From Gammaproteobacteria bacterium (GTDB taxonomy: Bacteria; Pseudomonadota; Gammaproteobacteria; JAABTG01), in the NCBI GenBank assembly GCA_017999615.1, contig JAGNLM010000001.1, positions 614,739 through 678,738 of the forward strand: DNA of 64,000 bases, given 5' to 3'. The notes below the pieces were generated by a model. The model saw only the letters and a program-made list of their open reading frames with translations, did not search any database and was not told where the DNA came from. A program made the position numbers and the translations under genes. Each line of letters starts with the position of its first letter. The first letter of the stretch is position 1. Shown here in pieces: positions 12,475 through 23,103 of the stretch.

Positions 12475-13448
12475 TCGCCTACCTGGCTCGCCGGCTGCTC
12501 TACGCGTTGCCCATCCTGGTCGGCGTGAACGTGCTGACGTTCTTCCTCTTCTTCGTCGTCAACAGCCCGGACGACATGGCGCGCCTGCACCTCGGGGTGA
12601 AGCGCGTGACCCCGGAGGCCATCGAGAAGTGGAAGGCCGAGCGGGGATATGACCGCCCCCTCTTCTGGAACGCGCCCGAGCCGGGGCTCGCCGCGCTGAC
12701 CGAAACGATCTTCTTTCAGAAGTCGGTGCGACTGTTCGCCTTCGACTTCGGGCGTTCGGACGAGGGCCGGGAGATCTCCCGCGACATCGCCGAGCGCACG
12801 TGGCCGAGTCTGGCCATCGCGGTGCCGGCGCTCCTGGTGGGGCTGCTGGTGAACGTCACGGTGGCCATGACGCTCGCGTTCTTCCGCGGCACGTACCTCG
12901 ACGCCTGGGGGGTCGTCTTCGCCGTGGTGCTGATGTCGGTGTCCAGCCTCTTCTACATCATCGGCGGGCAGTACCTCGTGGGGAAGCTGCTCCGTCTCGT
13001 CCCCATCTCCGGTTACGAGGGGGGGCTGGACGCGCTGAAATTCATCGTCCTGCCCGTGCTGGTCAGCCTCGCGGCCGGTGTGGGGTCAGGCACGCGCTGG
13101 TACCGCACGCTCTTCCTGGAAGAGTTGGGCCGGGACTACGTGCGGACCGCCCGCGCCAAGGGGCTCGCCGAGCGTGCCGTGCTCTTCAAGCACGTTCTGC
13201 GCAACGCCCTCATCCCGATCCTCACCGGCGTGGTCGTGGTACTGCCGCTGCTGTTCCTGGGCAGCCTGATCACGGAGGCGTTCTTCGGCATCCCCGGCCT
13301 CGGCAGCTACACCATCGACGCCATCCACCAGCAGGATTTCGCGGTGGTCCGAGCCATGGTGTTCCTCGGGTCGGTGCTCTACATCGTGGGGCTGCTCCTG
13401 ACCGACATCTCCTACACGCTCGTCGACCCGCGGGTGCGCCTCGAGTGA
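12471..13448 (+). CDS. ABC transporter permease (DppB/OppB/YejB-like)
   Basis: VIAYLARRLLYALPILVGVNVLTFFLF start typical of OppB-family permeases; GTG overlaps the upstream stop (GTGA); multiple TM segments. Confidence 0.8.
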   Translation: MIAYLARRLLYALPILVGVNVLTFFLFFVVNSPDDMARLHLGVKRVTPEAIEKWKAERGYDRPLFWNAPEPGLAALTETIFFQKSVRLFAFDFGRSDEGREISRDIAERTWPSLAIAVPALLVGLLVNVTVAMTLAFFRGTYLDAWGVVFAVVLMSVSSLFYIIGGQYLVGKLLRLVPISGYEGGLDALKFIVLPVLVSLAAGVGSGTRWYRTLFLEELGRDYVRTARAKGLAERAVLFKHVLRNALIPILTGVVVVLPLLFLGSLITEAFFGIPGLGSYTIDAIHQQDFAVVRAMVFLGSVLYIVGLLLTDISYTLVDPRVRLE

Positions 13449-14866
13449 TTGCGCCGGTCGTCCTCTGGACCGATGCCCTGATCTTCACCCTCGTCGGTGT
13501 GGCGCTGGTCTTCGGTCTGCACGCGCGACGCCGTGAGCACCTGCGCGAGCCCTGGCGGCGCGTGGCGCGCAGCCCCAAGGGGGTCGCCGCGGGGACGGTG
13601 CTCGCAGCCTTCGTCGCCGTCGGCCTGCTGGACTCGCTGCACTTCCACCCACGGCTCGACGGGGCGGAGGAGGGGGGCAGCGCCGAGCACTACTCGACGG
13701 AGGTCGTGAGCGTCTTCGACCTTCTCGTCTGGCCCCTGCGCGAGCGGGTCGAGAAGACCTACTCCGCACCGTTCGGGACCCACGCCTATGCGAAGGAGAC
13801 CCTCGACCTCGGGGGGGGACGGCAGGCGCGGGAGTACCCCCGGTTGGTCCACGGCGGGGCGCATCTGAGCGACCCGGGCAGGAGGGGGGCGGACATCGCG
13901 CTCCGGACCCTCGCGGGACTCGGTGCGAGCATCGCCCTCTGGCTGGCCCTGGTGGCCCTCTTCGTCGCGGTTCGGACAGCCCGGCGAGGAGATCGGTTCG
14001 GGCCCCTCTGGCGGGCCCTCTGGGCCGGGCATTGGCAGTGGCCCTGGCGCGCGTTCCTGGCGACCGCGGGGGTACTGCTCACCCTGGTGACCCTGGGTGT
14101 CGCCCTTGCGGGCGCCTACCACGTTCTCGGCACCGACAAGGTGGGTCAGGACGTCCTGTACCAGACCCTGAAGAGCGTTCGCACCGGGCTCGTCATCGGC
14201 ACGGTCTCGACGCTCGTGATGCTCCCCCTCGCCATCGCCCTCGGGATCTCGGCCGGATACTTCCGGGGGCTCGTCGACGACGCGGTGCAGTATCTCTACA
14301 CCACGCTGAACTCGATACCGGGGGTGTTGCTGATCGCGGCGGCGGTCCTGATGTTGCAGGTCTACATGGCCAACCACCCCGACGACTTCGAGAGCCTTGC
14401 CGAGCGTGCAGACCTGCGACTGCTGTTCCTCAGCATCATCCTGGGGGTGACCAGTTGGACGGGCCTCGCCCGGTTGCTGCGCGCCGAGACGCTCAAGCTG
14501 AGCCAGGTGGAGTTCGTGCTGGCGGCGCAGGCCCTCGGTGTGGCGAGCGGACGCATCCTGTCGCGCCACATCCTGCCCAACGTGATGCACATCGTCCTCA
14601 TCACGGTGGTGCTCGACTTCAGCGGGCTCGTCCTGGCCGAGGCCGTGCTGTCCTACGTGAGCATCGGCGTCGACCCGACCACCATCAGCTGGGGCAACAT
14701 GATCAACAGCGCACGCCTGGAGCTCGCCCGGGAGCCGGTCGTCTGGTGGTCCCTCGCGGCGGCCTTCGTCTTCATGTTCTCCCTGGTGCTCTCCGCCAAC
14801 CTCTTCGCCGACGTGGTGCGCGACGCCTTCGACCCGCGCCTGCGGGGCAGCGAGCGTCCCGCGTGA
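13445..14866 (+). CDS. ABC transporter permease (DppC/OppC/YejE-like) with extended N-terminal region
   Basis: GTG start overlapping the previous stop; C-terminal region with the EAA-like loop of OppC-family permeases; about 473 aa. Confidence 0.75.
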   Translation: MIAPVVLWTDALIFTLVGVALVFGLHARRREHLREPWRRVARSPKGVAAGTVLAAFVAVGLLDSLHFHPRLDGAEEGGSAEHYSTEVVSVFDLLVWPLRERVEKTYSAPFGTHAYAKETLDLGGGRQAREYPRLVHGGAHLSDPGRRGADIALRTLAGLGASIALWLALVALFVAVRTARRGDRFGPLWRALWAGHWQWPWRAFLATAGVLLTLVTLGVALAGAYHVLGTDKVGQDVLYQTLKSVRTGLVIGTVSTLVMLPLAIALGISAGYFRGLVDDAVQYLYTTLNSIPGVLLIAAAVLMLQVYMANHPDDFESLAERADLRLLFLSIILGVTSWTGLARLLRAETLKLSQVEFVLAAQALGVASGRILSRHILPNVMHIVLITVVLDFSGLVLAEAVLSYVSIGVDPTTISWGNMINSARLELAREPVVWWSLAAAFVFMFSLVLSANLFADVVRDAFDPRLRGSERPA

Positions 14867-16890
14867 CCGCCTCCGCGCAGGCCCTCCTCGAGGTCCGTGG
14901 CCTGCGGGTGTCGCTGAGCGTGCCGGGCGGGACGGTGCGCGCGGTCGACGGCGTGGACCTGACGGTGATGCCCGGGGAGACGCACGCGATCCTCGGGGAG
15001 TCGGGGTGCGGGAAGTCCATGACGGCGCTCTCGATCCTGCGTTTGCTGCCGGTGGCCGGGCGGGTCGTGGACGGCAGCGTACGGCTCGACGGGACCGACC
15101 TGCTGCGCCTGCCCGAGCACGCCATGCGCGCCGTTCGGGGCGGGCGCATCGCCATGATCTTTCAGGAGCCTCAGTCCTCGCTGAACCCGGTGCTGACCGT
15201 GGGCGACCAGATCGCCGAGGGCGTGCGCCGGCACCGGGGACTGTCGCGCCGGGCGGCGCTGCGTCGGGCCGTGGAGCTGCTGGAGGCGGTCGGCATCCCG
15301 GACCCTTCCCGGCGGGTGAGCGAGTACCCGCACCAGCTCTCCGGCGGCATGAAGCAGCGAGTGATGATCGCCAGCGCCCTGGCCGGTGAGCCGGACCTCC
15401 TGATCGCCGACGAGCCGACCACCGCGCTCGACGTCACCATTCAGGCCCAGGTGCTGGAACTGCTGGAGCGGCTGCGCCGCGAACGGGGAATGGCGGTCCT
15501 GCTGATCACGCACGACCTGGGGGTCGTGGCGGAGTCGGCGCAGCGGGTGGCGGTCATGTACGCCGGACAGGTGGTCGAGGAGGGTGCGACGGCCAGCCTC
15601 TTCGCCCGACCCCTGCACCCGTACACGCGGAAACTCTTCGCGGCCCTGCCTGCCGTGGGAAAACGGGGCGGAGCGCTCGAGGTCATCCCGGGGACGGTGC
15701 CGTCGTTGACCGAGGACGCCCCGGGTTGTCGCTTCGCCCCGCGCTGCGAGCAGGCGTGGGCGCGTTGTCGCGCCGCGGCGCCCGGCTGGCACCCGCTCGG
15801 GGAGGGGCAAGGGGTGCGCTGCCATCTGTACGCGGAAGGCCGGGACGCGGCGCCCGGCCTGCCTTCCGGCCCCGCCGTGGCCCGGACCTCCATGGCCGTT
15901 CCCGAGGAGGGGACCCCGGCACCCCTGCTGAGGATCCAGGGGCTGCAGGTGCATTTTCCCATCCGCCGCGGGCTCCTGCAGCGGGTCGTCGCGCAGGTGC
16001 GCGCCGTCGACGGGGTGGACCTGGACCTTGCGGCGGGGCGCACGCTCGCCCTGGTGGGGGAGTCGGGCTGTGGGAAGACCACAGTCGGCCACGCGATCCT
16101 GCAGTTTCGGCGCCCGACCGCGGGCTCGGTACGCTTCGACGGCGAGGAGTTGACCCACCTCTCCGGCCCGGCCCTGAGACGCCGCCGGCGGGAACTGCAG
16201 ATCGTCTTCCAGGACCCCTACGCCTCGATGAACCCCCGCATGCTGGTGGGGGACATCGTGGTGGAGGGGATGCTTGCCCAGGGCACGCTGCCGGACCGGC
16301 CTGCACGACGGAGCCGGGTGGCAGAGTTGCTGGCGCAGGTGGGACTCGGCCCCGGGGCCACGGACCGTTACCCCCACGAGTTCTCGGGCGGTCAGCGCCA
16401 GCGCATCGCGATCGCCCGCGCCCTGGCCGTGGAGCCGAGGCTGGTGGTGTGCGACGAGCCGACGAGCGCGCTCGACGTGTCGGTGCAGGCACAGATCCTG
16501 AATCTGCTTCGGAGCCTGCAGGACCGCCTGGGGCTGGCCTACCTGTTCATCACCCACAACCTGGCGGTCGTGGAATATCTCGCCCACGAGGTCGCGGTGA
16601 TGTATCTGGGCCGGATCGTGGAGCGAGGTCCGGTGGGCGCGGTGCTTCGCGGCCCCGCCCATCCCTACACTCGGGCGCTGCTCTCAGCGGTGCCGGTCCC
16701 CGACCCGACGAGCGGGCGCGCGGTGATCCACCTGGAGGGCGAGCTGCCGTCTCCTTCCCATCCGCCCCGGGGCTGCCACTTCCACCCCCGCTGCCCTCAG
16801 GCCGTGGACGTGTGCCGTGAGACCTATCCGGAGACGGTCGAGGTCGGTGCCGGCCACCGGGTGGCCTGCCACCTGTACCCTTCGTCGTAA
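14863..16890 (+). CDS. ABC transporter ATP-binding protein with two fused ATPase domains (YejF-like)
   Basis: Two Walker A sites (GESGCGKS and GESGCGKTT) and two LSGG signature motifs ([16 protein letters not shown]) plus C-terminal oligopeptide-ATPase extensions; GTG start overlaps the upstream stop. Confidence 0.85.
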   Translation: MTASAQALLEVRGLRVSLSVPGGTVRAVDGVDLTVMPGETHAILGESGCGKSMTALSILRLLPVAGRVVDGSVRLDGTDLLRLPEHAMRAVRGGRIAMIFQEPQSSLNPVLTVGDQIAEGVRRHRGLSRRAALRRAVELLEAVGIPDPSRRVSEYPHQLSGGMKQRVMIASALAGEPDLLIADEPTTALDVTIQAQVLELLERLRRERGMAVLLITHDLGVVAESAQRVAVMYAGQVVEEGATASLFARPLHPYTRKLFAALPAVGKRGGALEVIPGTVPSLTEDAPGCRFAPRCEQAWARCRAAAPGWHPLGEGQGVRCHLYAEGRDAAPGLPSGPAVARTSMAVPEEGTPAPLLRIQGLQVHFPIRRGLLQRVVAQVRAVDGVDLDLAAGRTLALVGESGCGKTTVGHAILQFRRPTAGSVRFDGEELTHLSGPALRRRRRELQIVFQDPYASMNPRMLVGDIVVEGMLAQGTLPDRPARRSRVAELLAQVGLGPGATDRYPHEFSGGQRQRIAIARALAVEPRLVVCDEPTSALDVSVQAQILNLLRSLQDRLGLAYLFITHNLAVVEYLAHEVAVMYLGRIVERGPVGAVLRGPAHPYTRALLSAVPVPDPTSGRAVIHLEGELPSPSHPPRGCHFHPRCPQAVDVCRETYPETVEVGAGHRVACHLYPSS

Positions 16891-16922
16891 CGGGAAGAAG
16901 CAGGGCGCATCGCGCCCGACGC

Positions 16923-18236
16923 TCAGGGGCGCGCGAGGGTCTCGCTGGTCTTGCCGAGCCGGGACACCAGCGTCTTCACGAAGGCCCGCAGGAATCGGAG
17001 TTGGGCCCCGGCGGAGACCTGTTCCACGTGGCTCGCGCCGAGCCGGAGGGCGGAGACGTCGTTCAGGGCGACGATGTTGGCGCTGCGGGGCACCTTTCCG
17101 AAGTAGCCCATCTCTCCGAAGCAGTCTCCGGCAGCGAGCGAGCTCAGAACCCGGGACCCCTTCTTCACCATGACGTCACCCGACACGATGATGTAGAAAA
17201 AATCCTCGATCGCGCCCTCGCTCACGATCCGGTCACCGCCGGTGAAACGGTGGCCGCTGGCGGCACGCACCACTTCCCACAGCTCCGCGTCGGAGAATTC
17301 GGAGAAGAACTCCAGCTTGCGGGCGCTCTCGAACCGCTCCTGCTCTTCGACGTGGGCCTCGACGCCGTCCAGGTGGTCGAAGGCCTGCGAGAGGTCGGCC
17401 GCCATCTCGTTGCCCATCGCGTAACGCTGGGCGCGGTCCCGCGCCAGCGCCTTCATGACGATGGCCTCGAGCTCCGGGGGGATGTCCGCGCGCAGGGTGC
17501 GCACGGGCGGTGGGGCGTCGTGGACGATGCGGTAGATGAGCCTCGAGAGGTTCTCCGCCTGGAAGGGCGTGCGCCCGGCGAGGAGTTCGTAGATCACGAC
17601 GCCGAGCGAGTAGAGGTCCGTCTGGTGGGTCAGCTCCGCTTCCTGGGCCTGTTCGGGAGACATGTACCGCGGTGACCCGACCATCCCCATGACCTGCGTG
17701 GTGTCCGAGTGCAGCTTGCGGGCGATGCCGAAGTCCGCGATCTTCACGTCGCCGTTGGGGGTCAGCAGGATGTTGCTCGACTTGATATCCCGGTGGATGA
17801 CCCCCGCGCGGTGCGCGTAGTCCAACGCACGCGCACACTTGAACGCGATTTCCACCACGCGCCGCAGCGGCAGGAGGGAGTCCGCCTGGCAGTGGTCCTT
17901 GAGCGTCCGCGACCCCTCCACGTACTCCATGACGATGTAGGGCCGCCCGTCCTCCTCGCCGGCATCGTAGACGGACAGGATGTTCGGATGTTTCAACAGG
18001 CCCGCGAGCCGGGCCTCGTTGAAGAAGATCCGGTGCGAGAGCCGGGCGGCCTCGGCGGAAGTGGGGATGCCTCCTACCTTGATGGCGACCGGGCGTTCCG
18101 CAAAGGGGTCATGGCCGAGGTAGACCACGCCCATCGCACCCCGCCCGATGGGCGCGAGCAACTCGTACTTGCCGAGCTTGCGCGGAGCGTCAGCGGGACC
18201 GTGACCGGGCAGGGTTTCGTCTGGACCGGAACTCAT
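16923..18236 (-). CDS. Hanks-type Ser/Thr protein kinase fused to a C-terminal cyclic-nucleotide-binding (CAP-effector) domain
   Basis: Kinase motifs GRGAMGVVY, VAIK, HRDIKSSNILL, DFGIA, SPEQ; C-terminal cNMP-binding signature FGEMGYF...RSANIVA. Confidence 0.8.
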   Translation of the reverse strand: MSSGPDETLPGHGPADAPRKLGKYELLAPIGRGAMGVVYLGHDPFAERPVAIKVGGIPTSAEAARLSHRIFFNEARLAGLLKHPNILSVYDAGEEDGRPYIVMEYVEGSRTLKDHCQADSLLPLRRVVEIAFKCARALDYAHRAGVIHRDIKSSNILLTPNGDVKIADFGIARKLHSDTTQVMGMVGSPRYMSPEQAQEAELTHQTDLYSLGVVIYELLAGRTPFQAENLSRLIYRIVHDAPPPVRTLRADIPPELEAIVMKALARDRAQRYAMGNEMAADLSQAFDHLDGVEAHVEEQERFESARKLEFFSEFSDAELWEVVRAASGHRFTGGDRIVSEGAIEDFFYIIVSGDVMVKKGSRVLSSLAAGDCFGEMGYFGKVPRSANIVALNDVSALRLGASHVEQVSAGAQLRFLRAFVKTLVSRLGKTSETLARP

Positions 18237-18312
18237 GGAGTGGGCGGACGGCCGCGAGGCGCCGAGGGCCCCAGGGGTGGCCCGGCGGCAGGAAGTCTGT
18301 ACGGAGAGGGGG

Positions 18313-20250
18313 TCAACCAGCTCGCGCGACGCGTGTGTCTTCGCGGTAGACGTTCAACTCCTGGCCTGCCCGTACTCCCTGACTCTCCCCGAGCTTGTTC
18401 CAGCGCCGGAGCATCGCCGGGCTGACACCGAAGCGTTGGGAGATCGCCCAGAGCGTCTCGCCGGGTTTCACCTTGTAACGGATCAACTCGGGCGTCGCCG
18501 TCTTCGCCGTCTTCGCTGTCTTCGTGGCCGCGGCGGACGCCTTTCCAGTGTCGGGCTTCGCAGCGCCAGGCTTGGCAGGCGCTACGACACTGGCTACCTG
18601 GGTGGCGGCTGCCTTCTTGCCTGGGGCGGAGGCGGCGGCATCGGGCCTCGTCGCCTTCTCGGGCTCGGCCTTGCCGCCCTTCTGGCCCGCCTCGGTCTTG
18701 TTGGGCGGCCCGCCTGCGCTGGCCACCACGGTGCGATCGTCCTGAACATGGACCGCCAGGGTCTGGCCCGCCTTCACGCCAGTCTTGGACGAGATGCCAT
18801 TCATGCTCGCCAGCGCCTGCGGCGTCACGCCGTAGCGGCGAGCCAGCGAGTAGAGCGTCTCGCCCGGACGGACGACGAACTTCTGGGTGACCGCTGCCGG
18901 CTCGCTCACCCTGAGAGTCGCGGGGGTCTTCCGTCCCCTGTTCTCGTCCTCGCCAGCGGAGCGGGACGCGGGCTGGGCCACGGCCTCGGATGCATCGGCG
19001 ACCAGGACGGCGGCGTTTGCGGTCTTGGCGCCAAGCGGCACGCGGACGACGTTCCCGGGGCGGACCCGGTTGCCGCTCAGCTGGTTCACCTCACGCAACG
19101 TGTCCGGTGTCGTCCCGAAGCGGCTTGCCAACATCGCGAGCGTCTCACCGCGGCGCACCACATGGCGCCTCCAGGGCAGCCGCTCGTGCTCGGGCATCTC
19201 GCTCAGGCGCGCAGAGAAGGAGTCCGCCTTGTGGATCGGCAGTACCAGGTGGTGTGGCCCGTCGGGGTCCGTCGCCCAGCGCGAAAAGCCGGGGTTCAGG
19301 TGGCGCAGGTCCGCCAGCGGAATCCCCGCTGCCGAAGCGGCGACGTTCAGGTCGACGGGACCCTGGAGCCCGACCCGGGTGAGATACGGCTCGTTCGGAA
19401 TGGCGGCGAGCTGCACCCCGTACGCGCGTGGGCTCGCGACGACGCGCGCCAGCCCGAGGAGCCGCGGCACGTAGCTGCGGGTCTCTTCCGGAAGGGACAG
19501 GCTCCAGAAATCGGTCGGCAGCCCCGCCCGCTGGTTCTCCTGGACCGCTCGGGCCACGGCGCCTTCGCCGCAGTTGTACGCGGCGACCGCCAGTTGCCAG
19601 TCGCCACCGAACTGATCGCGCAGGGCCGTCAGATAATCCAGAGCGGCGCGGGTGGAGGCGAGGATGTCGCGACGCCCGTCGTACCACCAGTTCTGCCGCA
19701 AGCCGAAACGCCGCCCCGTCTCCGGGATGAACTGCCAGATCCCGGACGCCCGCGCCGGCGAATACGCGAAGGGCTGGAACGCGCTCTCGACGATGGGGAG
19801 GAGCGCGATCTCGCTCGGCACGCCCCGCGACTCGACCTGTTCGACGATGTAGTGCAGGTAGGGCCGTGCGCGCTGGGCCGTGCGGTCCAGGAAACTCGTA
19901 TTGCGCACGTATCGGTCGATTTCCGCATCGATCGCCGGTTGCTCCGGCGACGGCATGCTGAACCCGCTGCGGATCCGCGCCCACAGGTCGGGGGAATCCT
20001 TGCTGCCGGGCTCCGGTTTGAAGCGGCCACGCGGGGCGCTCCGATACGCCTTTACGTCGGACGCGACCGCGCCTCTGCCCGAGTCGGTCACGGGACGTCC
20101 GTCGCTAGAGGTTACTTGGCCGAAGTCCCACCCTTCCGCATCCGCGCCGAAACCAGAGCGCGCAGGCTGGAGCCCACAGCCGGAAGAGAGCGATACAATA
20201 CCGACCAGAACCCCCGGGACGATCAGGCGCCGGGTCGCTCTTATTGTCAT
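18313..20250 (-). CDS. mltD: membrane-bound lytic murein transglycosylase D (SLT domain plus C-terminal LysM repeats), lipoprotein
   Basis: Lipobox SLSSGCG; SLT catalytic region ...ESAFQPFAYSPARASGIWQF; at least two LysM repeats (YKVKPGETLWAISQRFGV..., RVRPGNVV...) near the C-terminus. Start set at MTIRATRR (20250). Confidence 0.85.
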   Translation of the reverse strand: MTIRATRRLIVPGVLVGIVSLSSGCGLQPARSGFGADAEGWDFGQVTSSDGRPVTDSGRGAVASDVKAYRSAPRGRFKPEPGSKDSPDLWARIRSGFSMPSPEQPAIDAEIDRYVRNTSFLDRTAQRARPYLHYIVEQVESRGVPSEIALLPIVESAFQPFAYSPARASGIWQFIPETGRRFGLRQNWWYDGRRDILASTRAALDYLTALRDQFGGDWQLAVAAYNCGEGAVARAVQENQRAGLPTDFWSLSLPEETRSYVPRLLGLARVVASPRAYGVQLAAIPNEPYLTRVGLQGPVDLNVAASAAGIPLADLRHLNPGFSRWATDPDGPHHLVLPIHKADSFSARLSEMPEHERLPWRRHVVRRGETLAMLASRFGTTPDTLREVNQLSGNRVRPGNVVRVPLGAKTANAAVLVADASEAVAQPASRSAGEDENRGRKTPATLRVSEPAAVTQKFVVRPGETLYSLARRYGVTPQALASMNGISSKTGVKAGQTLAVHVQDDRTVVASAGGPPNKTEAGQKGGKAEPEKATRPDAAASAPGKKAAATQVASVVAPAKPGAAKPDTGKASAAATKTAKTAKTATPELIRYKVKPGETLWAISQRFGVSPAMLRRWNKLGESQGVRAGQELNVYREDTRVARAG

Positions 20251-20356
20251 CGTGCTGGTAGCGTAGGAGTTTGCGTGCGGTCGGTCAAGCGTCTGCGGAG
20301 ACATCGGTGAGTGCCGACAGTGGTTCACGGTCCGTGACGGTGGCGAGCCCCGTGGC

Positions 20357-21151
20357 GTGGCCCCGTTGACGCTGGGGGCTCGGCTGAGGGCCTGGTCCAC
20401 CTCCTGGCCGGGCCGCGCGGTTCTTGCGGCGGAGCGTGCGGCGCTCGAGGAATTCCTTCCGAATCTCTTCGGTTACTATCTGTTGCAGGTGGGCAGTCTG
20501 TGTGACCCACAGGCCCTCAGCGCCAGCCGCATCCGCAGCCGTGTCTGGGTGACGGACGCGCGCCCGAGGTTCGACGCGGAGTGTACGTCGGTCGTGGGGT
20601 CACCCCAGGCGCTCCCGTTCGCGGCCGACAGCGTCGACGTCGTCGTGCTGCAGCACGTACTGGAGTTTCAGGACTCGCCGCACGAGGCGCTGCGCGAGGC
20701 GGAGAGGGTGCTGGTCCCGGAAGGACACCTCGTGCTGGCGGGCTTCAACCCGTTCAGCCTCCTCGGGCTGTGGCGGGCCGCAGAGCGGCGACGCGCCGGT
20801 CCGCCCTGGTCGGGGCGCTTCGTCAGTCCGACGCGGGTCAAGGACTGGCTCGCGCTGCTCGGATTCGAGGCGACGGAGGTGCGTATGGTGTTCTTCCGCC
20901 CGCCGTTCTCCCGTCCGGCGCTGCTGCGGCGGCTTCGCCGGCTGGAGTCCATCGGTGCCCGCCTGTGGCCCTATACCGGCGGTGTCTACGTGATCGTCGC
21001 ACGCAAGCGCGTCGCGACGCTGACGCCCATCAAGCCGCGCTGGTTGCCGCGCCGGGGCCTCGTTGGGGTCCGCCTGGCCGAGCCGTCGGCCCGTTGGGAC
21101 CCCGGGCTGGAGATGCCACCCACTCGACGCGGGGGGGACCTGGCGGCGTGA
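20357..21151 (+). CDS. class I SAM-dependent methyltransferase (YafS-like)
   Basis: Type-11 methyltransferase motifs ([21 protein letters not shown]); positioned between mltD and rnhA like E. coli yafS. Confidence 0.6.
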   Translation: MAPLTLGARLRAWSTSWPGRAVLAAERAALEEFLPNLFGYYLLQVGSLCDPQALSASRIRSRVWVTDARPRFDAECTSVVGSPQALPFAADSVDVVVLQHVLEFQDSPHEALREAERVLVPEGHLVLAGFNPFSLLGLWRAAERRRAGPPWSGRFVSPTRVKDWLALLGFEATEVRMVFFRPPFSRPALLRRLRRLESIGARLWPYTGGVYVIVARKRVATLTPIKPRWLPRRGLVGVRLAEPSARWDPGLEMPPTRRGGDLAA

Positions 21152-21594
21152 CGCGGGACAGGGTCGAGGCCTTCACCGATGGTGCCTGCCGCGGTAACCC
21201 GGGGCCCGGCGGGTGGGCGGCGCTGCTGCGCTACAATGGCCACGAGAAGGTGATCTCCGGGGGCGAGCCCCACACCACCAACAACCGGATGGAGTTGCTG
21301 GGCGCCATTTACGCCCTCGAGGCGCTGAAACGCCCCTGCCACGTTCGCCTGCACACGGACTCGGAGTACGTGCGGCGAGGCATCACGGAGTGGATCGCCG
21401 GCTGGAAGCGCAAGGGCTGGAAGACATCGGCAGGGCAGCCGGTGAAGAACGTCGACCTCTGGGAGCGGCTCGATCGGGCGCGCTCTGCCCACACGGTCGA
21501 CTGGCAATGGGTGCGCGGCCACGCCGGACACCCGGAAAACGAGCGCGTAGACGCGGCGGCGCGCGAAGCGGCGGCCCGTCAGTCTCCGAACTGA
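21148..21594 (+). CDS. rnhA: ribonuclease HI
   Basis: [22 protein letters not shown]...[17 protein letters not shown]...HTDSEYV...[15 protein letters not shown], the canonical RNase H active site residues; GTG start chosen inside the longer ORF. Confidence 0.9.
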   Translation: MTRDRVEAFTDGACRGNPGPGGWAALLRYNGHEKVISGGEPHTTNNRMELLGAIYALEALKRPCHVRLHTDSEYVRRGITEWIAGWKRKGWKTSAGQPVKNVDLWERLDRARSAHTVDWQWVRGHAGHPENERVDAAAREAAARQSPN

Positions 21595-21605
21595 GAAGGG
21601 CATCC

Positions 21606-22322
21606 ATGCGACAGGTCGTCCTCGACACCGAGACCACCGGTCTCGACCCCGCACAGGGCCACCGGATCATCGAGGTGGGGTGCGTGGAGATCGTGAATCG
21701 CCGGGTGACCGACCGCACCTTTCATCAGTATCTGAACCCCGAGCGTGAGGTCGAAGCAGGCGCCCTCCAGGTCCACGGGATCAGCAACGAGTTCCTGGCG
21801 GACAAGCCACGTTTCGCGGACGTGGCGCACGACCTGCTCGAGTTCCTGGCCGGGGCGGAGCTCCTCATTCACAACGCGGCCTTTGACGTCGCCTTTCTGA
21901 ACCAGGAGCTTGCGCAACTGTCCGTGGGCCTCGAGCCGCTGGAGCGCCACTGCACGGTGACGGACACCCTGGCGCTCGCCCGGGAGCGTCATCCGGGTAA
22001 GAAGAACAGTCTCGACGCGCTCTGCCGGAACTATGGTGTGGACAACTCGCGCCGGGACCTGCACGGGGCCCTGCTCGACGCCCAGTTGCTGGCAGAGGTG
22101 TACCTTGCGATGACGGGGGGGCAGGTCACGCTCTCCCTGGTTCCGAGGGCCGCCGCGGGGATGGGGAAGCGGGCTGGAGAGGGTGGGGCGTGGAGCGGGA
22201 ATCGCGCGCGGCTGCCCGTCCATCACGCGGACGGGCAAGAGGCCGCCGCGCACGAGGCCCGGTTGGCCGCCCTGGACCGGGCGAGCGGTGGCCGTTGCCT
22301 CTGGCGTGAACTCGGCTGGTAG
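21606..22322 (+). CDS. dnaQ: DNA polymerase III epsilon subunit (3'-5' proofreading exonuclease)
   Basis: MRQVVLDTETTGLDP...IIEVGCVEI...HNAAFDVAFL...H.ALLDAQLLAEVY Exo I/II/III motifs. Confidence 0.9.
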   Translation: MRQVVLDTETTGLDPAQGHRIIEVGCVEIVNRRVTDRTFHQYLNPEREVEAGALQVHGISNEFLADKPRFADVAHDLLEFLAGAELLIHNAAFDVAFLNQELAQLSVGLEPLERHCTVTDTLALARERHPGKKNSLDALCRNYGVDNSRRDLHGALLDAQLLAEVYLAMTGGQVTLSLVPRAAAGMGKRAGEGGAWSGNRARLPVHHADGQEAAAHEARLAALDRASGGRCLWRELGW

Positions 22323-22468
22323 GACGAGGGCGCCTTGAATCGCCCGGGCACCGTGTCTAGACTCGCTCCACTTCGGGCGGGGCGACCTTACGCCGCGGTC
22401 CCGTTGCCTTAAACGCTGCAGGCATCCGTCCTGCCCCCGTCCAGCGAGTCGACCAAAGGAGAACTCCC

Positions 22469-23050
22469 ATGGCCTTCGAGCTTCCGCCCCTCCCGTATGC
22501 AAAGAACGCCCTGGCCCCGACCATCTCCGAGGAGACGGTCGAGTACCACTACGGCAAGCACCACCAGGCCTACGTCACCAACCTGAACAATCTCATCAAG
22601 GGCAGTGAGCTCGAGGCCATGGGGCTCGAGGACATCGTGCGCAAGTCCTCGGGGGGTGTCTTCAACAACGCGGCCCAGGTGTGGAACCACACGTTCTACT
22701 GGAATTGCCTCAAGCCGGGCGGCGGTGGCGCACCGACGGGGGCGCTCGCTGCGGCCATCGACAAGGCCTTCGGTTCCTTCGCGGCCTTCAAGGAGAAGTT
22801 CTCCAGTTCGGCCGTCGGCAATTTCGGCTCCGGCTGGACCTGGTTGGTGAAGAATGCAGACGGCAGTCTCGAGGTGGTGAACACCAGCAACGCGGGCACG
22901 CCGATGACGAGCGGGAATACGGCGCTGCTCACGTGCGACGTGTGGGAGCACGCCTACTACGTGGACTACCGCAACGCCCGGGCGAAGTACGTGGAGTCCC
23001 TCTGGGGGCTGGTGAACTGGGAGTTCGTGGCGAAGAACTTCGCCGGCTGA
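22469..23050 (+). CDS. sodB: superoxide dismutase (Fe/Mn family, Fe-type-like)
   Basis: [34 protein letters not shown]...DVWEHAYY; good AAGGAG ribosome-binding site upstream. Confidence 0.9.
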   Translation: MAFELPPLPYAKNALAPTISEETVEYHYGKHHQAYVTNLNNLIKGSELEAMGLEDIVRKSSGGVFNNAAQVWNHTFYWNCLKPGGGGAPTGALAAAIDKAFGSFAAFKEKFSSSAVGNFGSGWTWLVKNADGSLEVVNTSNAGTPMTSGNTALLTCDVWEHAYYVDYRNARAKYVESLWGLVNWEFVAKNFAG

Positions 23051-23103
23051 GGACACGCCGGGCGGCAGCCGCGGGCGGCCTCTTTGCGTTCAGGAAGTGC
23101 GTG

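Noticed and set aside
20581-21147. N-terminal 190-codon extension of the rnhA ORF, and similarly of dnaQ (21213-21605)
   Set aside because: The extensions overlap the upstream methyltransferase or rnhA in another frame and lack homology. Conserved protein starts at internal GTG/ATG codons were used instead.
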